A stretch of DNA of 64,000 bases from a virus (taxonomy: Duplodnaviria; Caudoviricetes). The notes under the pieces are model-generated. The model saw nothing but the letters and a program-made list of their open reading frames with translations. It did no database searches and was not told where the DNA came from. Below are positions 56,901-64,000 of the stretch, piece by piece; within the stretch, counting starts at the first letter, position 1, and each line of letters begins with the position of its first letter. Position numbers and translations under genes: made by a program. The stretch lies in IMG/VR virus record IMGVR_UViG_3300032234_001062, positions 1 through 64,000 of that record, one strand, 5' to 3'.

Positions 56901-59900
56901 TGAAAATATAAACGTTAAAAACTTTTCTTTTATAAATATAAATTCTAATTTAGAATGGTTAGTAGGACAAACATCTTTAACTAGTTTTTCTGTTAATCCA
57001 AAAATATCTTTTGATTATGATAATCAATTATTAGGTTTTAATTTTAATAAAAATAATTCTAATTTACAAAATTCTTATATTTATAATGATTTCATAATTA
57101 ATCAAAACGATACTGGAAAAACATTAAATTTTAGTTTTACTTACAATATAAAATCAAATACTTTTAAAATAGAAGATATTCAAATTGAAATATATGCATT
57201 AAATAATGGAATAGAAGCATTAACAGCAATAAAAACTTGGCAATTATTAGAAAATCTTAATAGAGATAATAATTTTTCTGGAAACTTTAGTACAACAACA
57301 ACTAGATATTATAGATTAAAAATAAAAGTTAATTCTAATTCTAGTGATTTTTTAAATATTCAATTTAAAAATTTTTATATTGGAATAACTACATTTTTAC
57401 AAAATAGCATTACATATACTAATCCTTTAAATTTAATTAATCATTTATATTTAGATTCAAATTTTATTAATAATAATTTTTTAGTTTTTTCTTTTTCTGG
57501 AAGTTCACCATATAAAATAAAATTTACATCTGAACCATTTTATTTAGGAAGTAAAATAACTTATACTTTTACTAATGTTAACAATGATTTAAAATTTTTA
57601 TTTGGAAGTTCTATTTCTAATAGTTATTCTGGTGTAGATCCTGTTACTTATATTGATAGTGGATATGAAAAAAAATATTATGATTCTTTTATTACTCTTT
57701 TAAAAAGAATTTTTTCAATTTTAAATTCATATGCTTTTGCAAGATTATTTGTTCCAGAAGCATTTAATGAAGACGAGGATTTTTTTAATACTGGAGTAAA
57801 TATTCCATTTTCAGTCAAAAGATATTTTCGAGATTTATTAGATGAAACTATTTCTAACCTTACTTTTGAAGAAATTATAAAAAAAGATCCTAGAAGTAAT
57901 TTTTTACAAAAACCTCCTGATAAAGATTTTACTAAAGAAGTGACTTGGAGACAAGGTATACCAAGTGATGTTTTTAATCTTAAAGAATTGGCTAAATTTA
58001 AAAATACTTTAAGTAAAATTAAAACACAGTTAAATAAAGTAAAATCAATATTAGAGGCTATCAAATCTTTTATATCAATATTAGATCAATTAATTGAATT
58101 AGGAGAAGATATTTTAGGAACTTTATTAGATCAAATAATAAAACAATTAACTAAAATAGTTGATAACATCGCTAGTACTGGTTTTTATTGGTTACCAGTA
58201 ATAGAATATTATGCTTTAAATTTTGTAAGTTCAAGAGAATCTAATTTAGGAGGACTTAGATTTTTTGATAAATATATTCAAGATACTATGAGATCACCAT
58301 ATCAAGAAGATGAAAGCGCAGAAATAAATAATGGTTTTTTACAAGACGTTTTTAATTTATCTGTTTCTAATTCTCAAATGGTATTAGATGATTTAAATGT
58401 AGAATTATCACAGAATAGATCAAAAATAAGTGCAGATTTAATAGAAAATAACCTTTTCTTTCTTCCTTTTAGAAGTACTACTTATGAAGAGTTTATGCAA
58501 GTTATCATTGATGGATTATCTGATCCTTATGATTTACCTGAATTAGGATTATCATTAAATATACAAAAAAAGAATCCAAAAGATCCAAATGATAAAACTA
58601 AAACAAAGCAAACTAATAGATCAGAAATAAGTATTAATAGAAGAACATTTAGACCTGGTGCTCCTAAATGGGGAGTAGGAAGTCAAAGTTCAGTAGTAGT
58701 AATTGCAATAAATCTTCCAGCATTTGAAGATTTAACAAGTGGAATTACTGGTTTTGCTCAAGGACTTTTAAATATTTTAAAGCCTATAGAAAAATTAACT
58801 AGATTTACTCTTAAAATAAACAAAGAAAAGAGTTGGAAAGAAAGAAATCAAAATTTAGAAAACGATAGAATTGCAAATAATACAAAAATTGAAAAGAATG
58901 TAAACGATTTTTTAACCAATTTTTGGAATGTTAAAGTTGATAAAAATGGTACTACTTATGAACAAAAATGGGAAAAACATAAAAAAGAATATGAAGAATT
59001 TAAAACCAATAAAATACCGAGAATTAAATATTTAAAAACTTTATTAGATGATAAATATTTTCAATCCTCTAGACCACCATATCAAACTGAATATAATAAT
59101 TTAATTGAAGTTTATAAAAATTTTCAAGATGCTCAAACAAAATTTAATGAAGATTTTAAAAAAACAAATGCAGAAGTTGAGAGATTGAATCTAGATATAA
59201 TACAACAACAATCTTATTATGAAGGTTATATTACTAAAATTATTAATTTTTTGGAAGGTTATTTATACATAAAAGAAGTAACAAAAAAATTTAATGATAG
59301 AGATGAAATTAATAGTGATGATGATGATACAATAACTGAGTTAGGTGATTTTAAAGAAAGACTTGTTACTCAATATGAAAGTTGGTGGGATAGTTTAATA
59401 GTTGATGATGCTTTAAATGAAAGAGGTGGATTTTTTTCTGGATATCGTAGTAAGTATCCTGATTTTTATGGAATTACAGTTGGTTCTGTATTTCCATTTA
59501 TTTTTTCTGCAGCAAAAGGTTTATTACAAAATTTAAAGAAATTTAATGAAAATGAAAGTACTTTTTCCTTATCAGATGAATTTGAATTATTAATTGCTCC
59601 AATAGAAGATTATATTGAAGATATAGAAGGGTTTATTTATGCTATTGATTCTATTATAGATTTTATAGATGCTCTTACTAAAATAAATATTTCATATCTA
59701 ACAATAAAAACTGGTAATGGTGTTGCTGATATTATTAATCAATTACAAAATGCAACTGGATTTCCAAATGAAGATAAACGACAAATAATTTTGGGCGGAT
59801 TATTAGGTGCTGGATATGTAGATCCAGACAGCGGTGAATTCGACTTATCTGGATATTATAATGAAGCAGCAAAAGAATTTCAAGAGGACGCTAAGGACCT

Positions 59901-59976
59901 CTTTAATGATTTGAAATTAAGTAATGAAGAAAAAGGAATTGATTTCCTTAATAAACTTTTTGGATCAGGTAGTTAA
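53938..59976 (+). CDS. Very large (2012 aa) putative virion protein: three ~210-aa beta-sandwich repeats plus long helical C-terminus
   Basis: Repeat-end motifs FKNFYVG, LSEIYIG and FKNFYIG at residues 720, 933 and 1143; amphipathic helices at the C-terminus. Confidence 0.55.
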   Translation: MTPQEISRKTYSELSSKFYLVTSDLSGILAVNKIWNLLYYSVNIVRENSALSFPPVNFCTKIDVINQNTLRLFQQYISNKINVGVGVNIKFNDIFNSQLIINLPTPEKIALLVTIPDDEQNKFIYRQYISSIESALNDFLNSDQELFLINNKNSLEALWGSLIVGLETYRKYFQPFDIVSTIIDYNNVQNILRETIDEQKNSGFSPNQALSQSITLASRINVESPVAYNNSESWKTLFNNVHTLVLNAIITNKRTFMIRNSISSSLDNVLSSERNIFTSKENSATNYSFEASEHSSINKQIKLDNSNISTSNWQNNYVTYYNSRNAFTRSKIASISTNNSNKILTLDPYNGISENIKTFTFPTIGQGIINETDFPATGVNLTRNSNNSDVNLFSLTITSGSAIIKTADFKLKDNLFENNYLKIETLKNNFSLKYINLSRIKTFETTFPANGITFNKVDNNNIILFNSKLEYVNSQKNPTINQNYILSSNIFNTNLFSKSFSIINSEFNNTAFEVPFQSFYINKNNIDLFTLKINYKNSNNSSNYLFKLDDTIFNTNRFLPQSVNSPNSKIYWQPYYDDISFNNGIGIYQGTSQNISLTVDQSGEMLIDKSSTCSGNVGFSNIFYLKNNEKNLDINFDFDYYISSSGDVLSQDEISFKIISLVSEDINDVESVYSYSLPSNQLQLDTQYSAHFTFKAKNYTSYRILINFNKKDNKNLKIKFKNFYVGITSLNSTTLPYTNIDDFLNDYNLYNYNTITSSQFYLNKKNINILSFYTELLNNNLIESIEFINVNNNLNWFNNNSSILNNTINNPLISVTKSNNPNLNFTILKKLSNVLGGKIYADFFIKPNQINLTLNVKFKYQIFNSSFSTSDLTFKIVKSSNNTLIKSFSIDINNTTVNNIYSASFDFIPNESTSYLFLIQINDQQSVDINIKLSEIYIGTEDFSETTRTYKTVKSFLEDYNLYNRNNNNLFTLSNVNDTKIGFYSNVFENINVKNFSFININSNLEWLVGQTSLTSFSVNPKISFDYDNQLLGFNFNKNNSNLQNSYIYNDFIINQNDTGKTLNFSFTYNIKSNTFKIEDIQIEIYALNNGIEALTAIKTWQLLENLNRDNNFSGNFSTTTTRYYRLKIKVNSNSSDFLNIQFKNFYIGITTFLQNSITYTNPLNLINHLYLDSNFINNNFLVFSFSGSSPYKIKFTSEPFYLGSKITYTFTNVNNDLKFLFGSSISNSYSGVDPVTYIDSGYEKKYYDSFITLLKRIFSILNSYAFARLFVPEAFNEDEDFFNTGVNIPFSVKRYFRDLLDETISNLTFEEIIKKDPRSNFLQKPPDKDFTKEVTWRQGIPSDVFNLKELAKFKNTLSKIKTQLNKVKSILEAIKSFISILDQLIELGEDILGTLLDQIIKQLTKIVDNIASTGFYWLPVIEYYALNFVSSRESNLGGLRFFDKYIQDTMRSPYQEDESAEINNGFLQDVFNLSVSNSQMVLDDLNVELSQNRSKISADLIENNLFFLPFRSTTYEEFMQVIIDGLSDPYDLPELGLSLNIQKKNPKDPNDKTKTKQTNRSEISINRRTFRPGAPKWGVGSQSSVVVIAINLPAFEDLTSGITGFAQGLLNILKPIEKLTRFTLKINKEKSWKERNQNLENDRIANNTKIEKNVNDFLTNFWNVKVDKNGTTYEQKWEKHKKEYEEFKTNKIPRIKYLKTLLDDKYFQSSRPPYQTEYNNLIEVYKNFQDAQTKFNEDFKKTNAEVERLNLDIIQQQSYYEGYITKIINFLEGYLYIKEVTKKFNDRDEINSDDDDTITELGDFKERLVTQYESWWDSLIVDDALNERGGFFSGYRSKYPDFYGITVGSVFPFIFSAAKGLLQNLKKFNENESTFSLSDEFELLIAPIEDYIEDIEGFIYAIDSIIDFIDALTKINISYLTIKTGNGVADIINQLQNATGFPNEDKRQIILGGLLGAGYVDPDSGEFDLSGYYNEAAKEFQEDAKDLFNDLKLSNEEKGIDFLNKLFGSGS

Positions 59977-60239
59977 GGATTATATTCTTCAATAGAAATT
60001 ACAGAATCGAATCTAAATGATCTCCATTGAGTTTTTCCATCTTCACATAATTCAACAACTTTAAGAATATCTGGATTATTAATGATCCCAGTTCCTTTAG
60101 GTGTTAAGTGAAAATCATCTATTAAATCTGTATTTCGAGTGAAATTCATGATTCTCTCAGTTCCATCACTTTTAATAAATTTCACTTGAAAGTTTTTACT
60201 TTTATCTTCAATAAATTCTAAAATTTGATCTTTTGTCAT
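59973..60239 (-). CDS. WYL_2/DUF2693-like SH3-fold protein
   Basis: VKFIKSDGTERIMNFT…QWRSFRFDSVISI. Confidence 0.75.
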   Translation of the reverse strand: MTKDQILEFIEDKSKNFQVKFIKSDGTERIMNFTRNTDLIDDFHLTPKGTGIINNPDILKVVELCEDGKTQWRSFRFDSVISIEEYNP

Positions 60240-60281
60240 ATTTAATTTCTCCTATTAATTTATAATATACTAAAATTAAAT

Positions 60282-60293
60282 AGATGTATAAAC
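60282..60293 (-). promoter_or_regulatory. GTTTATACATCT motif/promoter for 59973..60239
   Basis: TTTATA, 17-nt spacer, TATATT; identical 12-mer at 61650-61661. Confidence 0.4.
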
Positions 60294-61601
60294 CTAAATA
60301 TTAAATTTATCTAAGTATTTTTGAGCCTTTCTACTCTTTAAAATTTTCTTTTCTCCTAATGGAAAACGAGAGTTTAAAACTTTTGTTGCGTAATTAAAAC
60401 TAGCTGAATAACTTTTTGCGATAGTTGGTTCTAATTCTGGAATAGCTTTTTTAAGCGCAAAACAAAAATTATATGCTAATTTATAACTCTTTTTAAAAAC
60501 ATTAATAAATCTTTGATCTAATTCAATATTTCTAATTTTAAAAAATTTAATATAATCAATCAGAGTTTGAAAATGATCAACTTTTGAAGTATCATAATTG
60601 TTATAATCAAATAATTTATCTTCGTGTTCAATCCATCTTTTTTTTAAGAAATATTTACTATATTTTACAAACATTGATTGAAAATGTTGTTTTTGATTTA
60701 AAACGAATTCTTCTAATTGAGAAATTAGTTTTTGACTCATTAAATTTCTGATCGTTTGAAAAAAATCTAATTTATTCCAAATATCATATTGATCATATTT
60801 AATATTTAATATTTTTTCAATTAAAATATCTATTTTTCTATTATATGTAACTAAATATTTACCAATGAGATGTAAACAAAAAACATTACTAATATTAGTA
60901 TCAATTAATTTTTTTTCAAATTCTGACCAATAATTTTTAATTGTGTTAAAACAATATAATGTACATAATTCTAATTCATGAATTTTTATTTCATTATTTT
61001 CAACTAATCCATTTAATAATTTTTTTTCTAATTCATTAGATCTAGGTTTATTAAACATCATATAATATGAGACTAATCCATGTAAATCATTTTTTTTAAT
61101 TAAAAAATCCTCAATTTCTTTATCATCAATTTTTATTATATGAATATAATCAAATAAATAACTTTTATTTTTATCAAATAAAGTTTCATAATATTCCTTA
61201 AAATCTTTTTTGATTTTTTGATGTATTTCTAATCTTTTTTCAAGACTTTCATCTTTGTGTTTTTTTGCTAATTGAATTAAAAAAGAAACTGAGTATTTAG
61301 ATTCTGGTATGATAATTTTTTTAATATATTGAAGTGAATATTCTTCAAGATTATCTATTATTCTTTTTATTATATCATCAAAAATATAATTTAAATTTCT
61401 GGAAAGTTGATCGTCTATATTTTTAATATTAGGAAGTTCTGTAATATAATTATTATATTCTTCTATAATTTCATCTGGTTTTTTATTTTTATTGAATTTA
61501 ACATCAGAAAGTGATATATAATCAATTTCTATTTTTTTTAATTCATCTTGCATAGATTGAAATGAATTAAAATTTAAATGTAATTTTTTAATATACTTCA
61601 T
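60294..61601 (-). CDS. Helical-repeat hypothetical protein, possible internal head protein
   Basis: …ELEPTIAK…YATKVLNSRFPLGEKKI and LKKRWIEHEDKL repeats typical of large-phage proteins; MKYIKK N-terminus. Confidence 0.45.
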   Translation of the reverse strand: MKYIKKLHLNFNSFQSMQDELKKIEIDYISLSDVKFNKNKKPDEIIEEYNNYITELPNIKNIDDQLSRNLNYIFDDIIKRIIDNLEEYSLQYIKKIIIPESKYSVSFLIQLAKKHKDESLEKRLEIHQKIKKDFKEYYETLFDKNKSYLFDYIHIIKIDDKEIEDFLIKKNDLHGLVSYYMMFNKPRSNELEKKLLNGLVENNEIKIHELELCTLYCFNTIKNYWSEFEKKLIDTNISNVFCLHLIGKYLVTYNRKIDILIEKILNIKYDQYDIWNKLDFFQTIRNLMSQKLISQLEEFVLNQKQHFQSMFVKYSKYFLKKRWIEHEDKLFDYNNYDTSKVDHFQTLIDYIKFFKIRNIELDQRFINVFKKSYKLAYNFCFALKKAIPELEPTIAKSYSASFNYATKVLNSRFPLGEKKILKSRKAQKYLDKFNI

Positions 61602-61607
61602 ATAATT

Positions 61608-61617
61608 TATTTTTATG
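61608..61617 (-). promoter_or_regulatory. CATAAAAATA motif (putative late promoter, leaderless)
   Basis: Lies 6 nt upstream of ATG 61601; no SD. Confidence 0.45.
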
Positions 61618-61649
61618 AGTATCTAATTATATAATTTAAAATATTTTAT

Positions 61650-61661
61650 GTTTATACATCT
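61650..61661 (+). promoter_or_regulatory. GTTTATACATCT motif upstream of the ligase gene
   Basis: Identical to 60282-60293; followed by TATAAT and a GGAGA SD. Confidence 0.35.
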
Positions 61662-61702
61662 TTTCGATATTTAATTAATATATATAATAGGAGAAAGAAA
61701 AT

Positions 61703-63538
61703 ATGACTGAGCAAGAAATAATAGAACAATTAGTCGCTGCTAAAGATTCTTATTATAATGGCGAACCTTTTATGACTGATTCTGATTTTGACTTTTTAGA
61801 AAATAAATTAAGAATTTTAAATCCTAAAAGTAAGTATTTTAATATGGTTGGGATTTCTTCTCCACATTCCAAAAAAGTTCAACACTATTATCGAATGAGA
61901 TCTTTACAAAAAGCAAATAGTGAAAATGATTTTAGATTGTGGTATCAAAGAAATAAAATAACTCTAAATACTAATTTAACAGTAATGCATAAAATTGATG
62001 GACTTTCTGGAAGTGCTAAATATGAAAATGGTAAAATCGTTTATTTAGCAACGAGAGGAGATGGATTAGAAGGGCAAGACGTTTCGCATCTTATTCCTTA
62101 TATTAATATTCCTTCTGAAATACCAGAAAAAAGTACATTATATATAAGAGGAGAATTTGTAATTAAAAAAGACTCTCATCTTACAACTATTTATCCAAAT
62201 TCACCTCTTAGAAATTTAGCCAGTGGTATTATTAATCGTAAAGATATGTTAAATGAGGCTAAATATCTTTCTTTTATTACTTATGGTCTAGAAGGAGAAA
62301 TTTTTGAATCTGGATTTGAAACTGAAAAATTAAAGACTCTAAAAGATTTTGGATTTGATTCTTTAAATACAGTTCTTTGTAATGATTATAGTGAACTTAA
62401 AAAATATTTAGAAGATGCTATTAATTGGAGAGAAGAAGTTGAATATGAAATTGATGGAATTGTAATAATAATTAATAATATTTCTATTCAAAGATCTTTA
62501 GAAGATGATAATGAGCATCATCCACAATGGAGTATAGCATGGAAATTTCCATCTCAGGGTGCTTGGACAACTTTAAAAAATATCGAATGGAATACTTCTA
62601 GACATGGTCGTTTAGTTCCAGTAGGTATTTTTGATCCAGTCAATATTGGAGGTGCTCAAATAACTCGTGCTACACTTAATAATTATAAGCAAATAGTTGA
62701 TTTACAATTAAGTATTGGTGATTCTATATTTGTAGAAAGAGCAAACGATGTAATTCCAAAAATTACTGATTGTAAGAAAATAGTTGAATATATTCCATTA
62801 CAAAATGTTAGATGTTCTTGTGGATCTTTTTCTGATCTAAAATTAGATGGAGTACATATTTATTGTAAAAATCCTAATTGTAGTGAAAGAATAATTGAAC
62901 AAATTTTATTCTGGGTACAAAAAATTGGAATTGAGTTTTTCTCTCGTGCTACAATTAGAACTTTACATGAAAAAGGAATTTTAAATTCAATAGAAGATTT
63001 ATATAAATTAAATTATAATTCTCTTATTGGAATTCATGGTTTAGGAGATAAGAAAATTTATAATATTCTTAATGAAATTAAAAGAACATCTCATATGTCT
63101 CAATTAGATTTTTTGAGTTCACTTGGAATTCCAATGGTTGGAAAGAAAGTGTTTCAAAAATTAGGGATTTTTACAGTTAATGATTTTATAAATTGGAAAA
63201 ATTTTGAATATGTAACTGGTGAAAAAATAATTGAATGGAAAAGTGATACAGCTAATTTAGAATTATTTAATTCATTAGTAAAGTGTATTAATTTTACGGA
63301 GGAAGAAAAAATGAATTCAGCTAATAAAATTGGAGTTTGCGCAACTGGTAAAGGACCATTCACTAGAAATGAATTAATTAAAAAAATCAATGAATCTCAG
63401 AATTACTTTTGGGTTGATTCTATTAATGATTCAGTAAAAGTTCTTTTATGTGATGATCCCAATGATAATTCTAGTAAATTAATTAAAGCAAAAAAGAAAG
63501 GAATTCAATTAGTGAAATATAGTGAATTTGATTTTTAA
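61703..63538 (+). CDS. ligA: NAD-dependent DNA ligase
   Basis: HYYRMRSLQKA, active-site KIDG, ATRGDG.EG.DV, RNLASG, YEIDGIV, IAWKFP, ATLNN, ERANDVIP, Zn finger, HhH and C-terminal BRCT. Confidence 0.97.
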   Translation: MTEQEIIEQLVAAKDSYYNGEPFMTDSDFDFLENKLRILNPKSKYFNMVGISSPHSKKVQHYYRMRSLQKANSENDFRLWYQRNKITLNTNLTVMHKIDGLSGSAKYENGKIVYLATRGDGLEGQDVSHLIPYINIPSEIPEKSTLYIRGEFVIKKDSHLTTIYPNSPLRNLASGIINRKDMLNEAKYLSFITYGLEGEIFESGFETEKLKTLKDFGFDSLNTVLCNDYSELKKYLEDAINWREEVEYEIDGIVIIINNISIQRSLEDDNEHHPQWSIAWKFPSQGAWTTLKNIEWNTSRHGRLVPVGIFDPVNIGGAQITRATLNNYKQIVDLQLSIGDSIFVERANDVIPKITDCKKIVEYIPLQNVRCSCGSFSDLKLDGVHIYCKNPNCSERIIEQILFWVQKIGIEFFSRATIRTLHEKGILNSIEDLYKLNYNSLIGIHGLGDKKIYNILNEIKRTSHMSQLDFLSSLGIPMVGKKVFQKLGIFTVNDFINWKNFEYVTGEKIIEWKSDTANLELFNSLVKCINFTEEEKMNSANKIGVCATGKGPFTRNELIKKINESQNYFWVDSINDSVKVLLCDDPNDNSSKLIKAKKKGIQLVKYSEFDF

Positions 63539-63549
63539 AAAAAATCCAT

Positions 63550-63576
63550 ATAAAGGTAATTAAAAATTACCTTTAT
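63550..63576. terminator. Perfect 12-bp hairpin, likely bidirectional terminator
   Basis: ATAAAGGTAATT-AAA-AATTACCTTTAT, 11 nt after the ligA stop. Confidence 0.65.
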
Positions 63577-63859
63577 TACTTTATTAAGAAGTGTAACATG
63601 TAATTTTTTTTAGTTTTTCTATTATTCTTATTGTTTTTGCTTTTTCATCATCAGCTAATTCTATTTTAGATTCATTAATTACTTCTTCTATTATATCTGA
63701 GTGAGTTTGAAAACATTCTACCCAATTATAATATAACTCTTTTTCTTTATATATATGATTACGCTAATTTATTAAAAGAAAAATTACCTCCTCACTTAGA
63801 AGAGATAATTAAAAATGGAAATAATCCTACAATTTATTCTCAATATTTAAAAATTAAAT

Positions 63860-64000
63860 TTATAAAATAAAAGAAAATACAAAATCTTCTTCATCTACAA
63901 ATGTTGAAATTGGAAACTGATTATTTTCACCATCAATTTCAATATCATGATCGCACATGATTAATATATCTCCCCAATCTTCTTTAGAACTTCTTAAATC
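63860..64000 (-). CDS. 3' end of a CDS entering from the right edge (…DLRSSKEDWGDILIMCDHDIEIDGENNQFPISTFVDEEDFVFSFIL*)
   Basis: Open from the window edge to TAA at 63862-63860; hand translated. Confidence 0.55.
   Translation of the reverse strand, partial: DLRSSKEDWGDILIMCDHDIEIDGENNQFPISTFVDEEDFVFSFIL

Noticed and set aside
7953-63390. Other short antisense or nested ORFs in the track (e.g. 7953, 11118, 12727, 13628, 17620, 18142, 20505, 21943, 28962, 36313, 39837, 40808, 41332, 41511, 43815, 43972, 44808, 49403, 57678, 63154)
   Set aside because: They lie within or opposite well-supported genes, have shadow-ORF composition and show no motifs.
39972-63538. Inteins or introns in the portal or ligase
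   Set aside because: Conserved motifs are contiguous, with no splice-junction (C…HN) or LAGLIDADG signatures.
1-64000. Stop-codon reassignment (code 4/15)
   Set aside because: Genes up to 2339 aa are intact in code 11, and TAA, TAG and TGA all end genes at sensible boundaries.

Overview
This window is a fragment of a very AT-rich, large (probably jumbo) tailed phage with a contractile, T4/CIS-type tail, read in standard code 11. No database search was run; family calls come from motifs I recognised in the translations. Layout: (1) 1-4.2 kb: a cREC receiver-like protein, a dNMP kinase, a four-gene membrane/lysis-like cassette that includes a 40-aa ORF missing from the ORF track, and a GNAT-like protein. 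(2) 4.3-39.8 kb: one long minus-strand tail/baseplate cluster. It holds gp25-, gp6- and gp7-like wedge genes, a 2339-aa protein, several fibre-base proteins, and at least seven candidate receptor-binding proteins of three fold types (3 glycine-rich polyglycine-II-like, 3 BNR/WSPEL propeller plus Ig, 1 Cys-rich RCC1 propeller plus Ig). A prolyl-4-hydroxylase-like oxygenase and a GT9-like glycosyltransferase are embedded among them. (3) 40-60 kb, mostly plus strand: a T4 gp20-like portal with an acidic tail and a 66-bp tandem repeat, a Vsr-like nuclease, hub, tape measure, gp48/54-like, gp53-like and spike genes, and a 2012-aa protein. (4) 60-64 kb: a WYL_2-like protein, a helical-repeat protein and an NAD-dependent DNA ligase. 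The most interesting candidate system is a multi-adhesin tail apparatus carrying its own hydroxylase and glycosyltransferase. There is also a recurring (CA)TAAAAATA motif 4-6 nt upstream of SD-less ATGs, suggesting a late promoter with leaderless mRNAs. No capsid, terminase, sheath, endolysin, tRNA, CRISPR array, reverse transcriptase or recombinase was seen.
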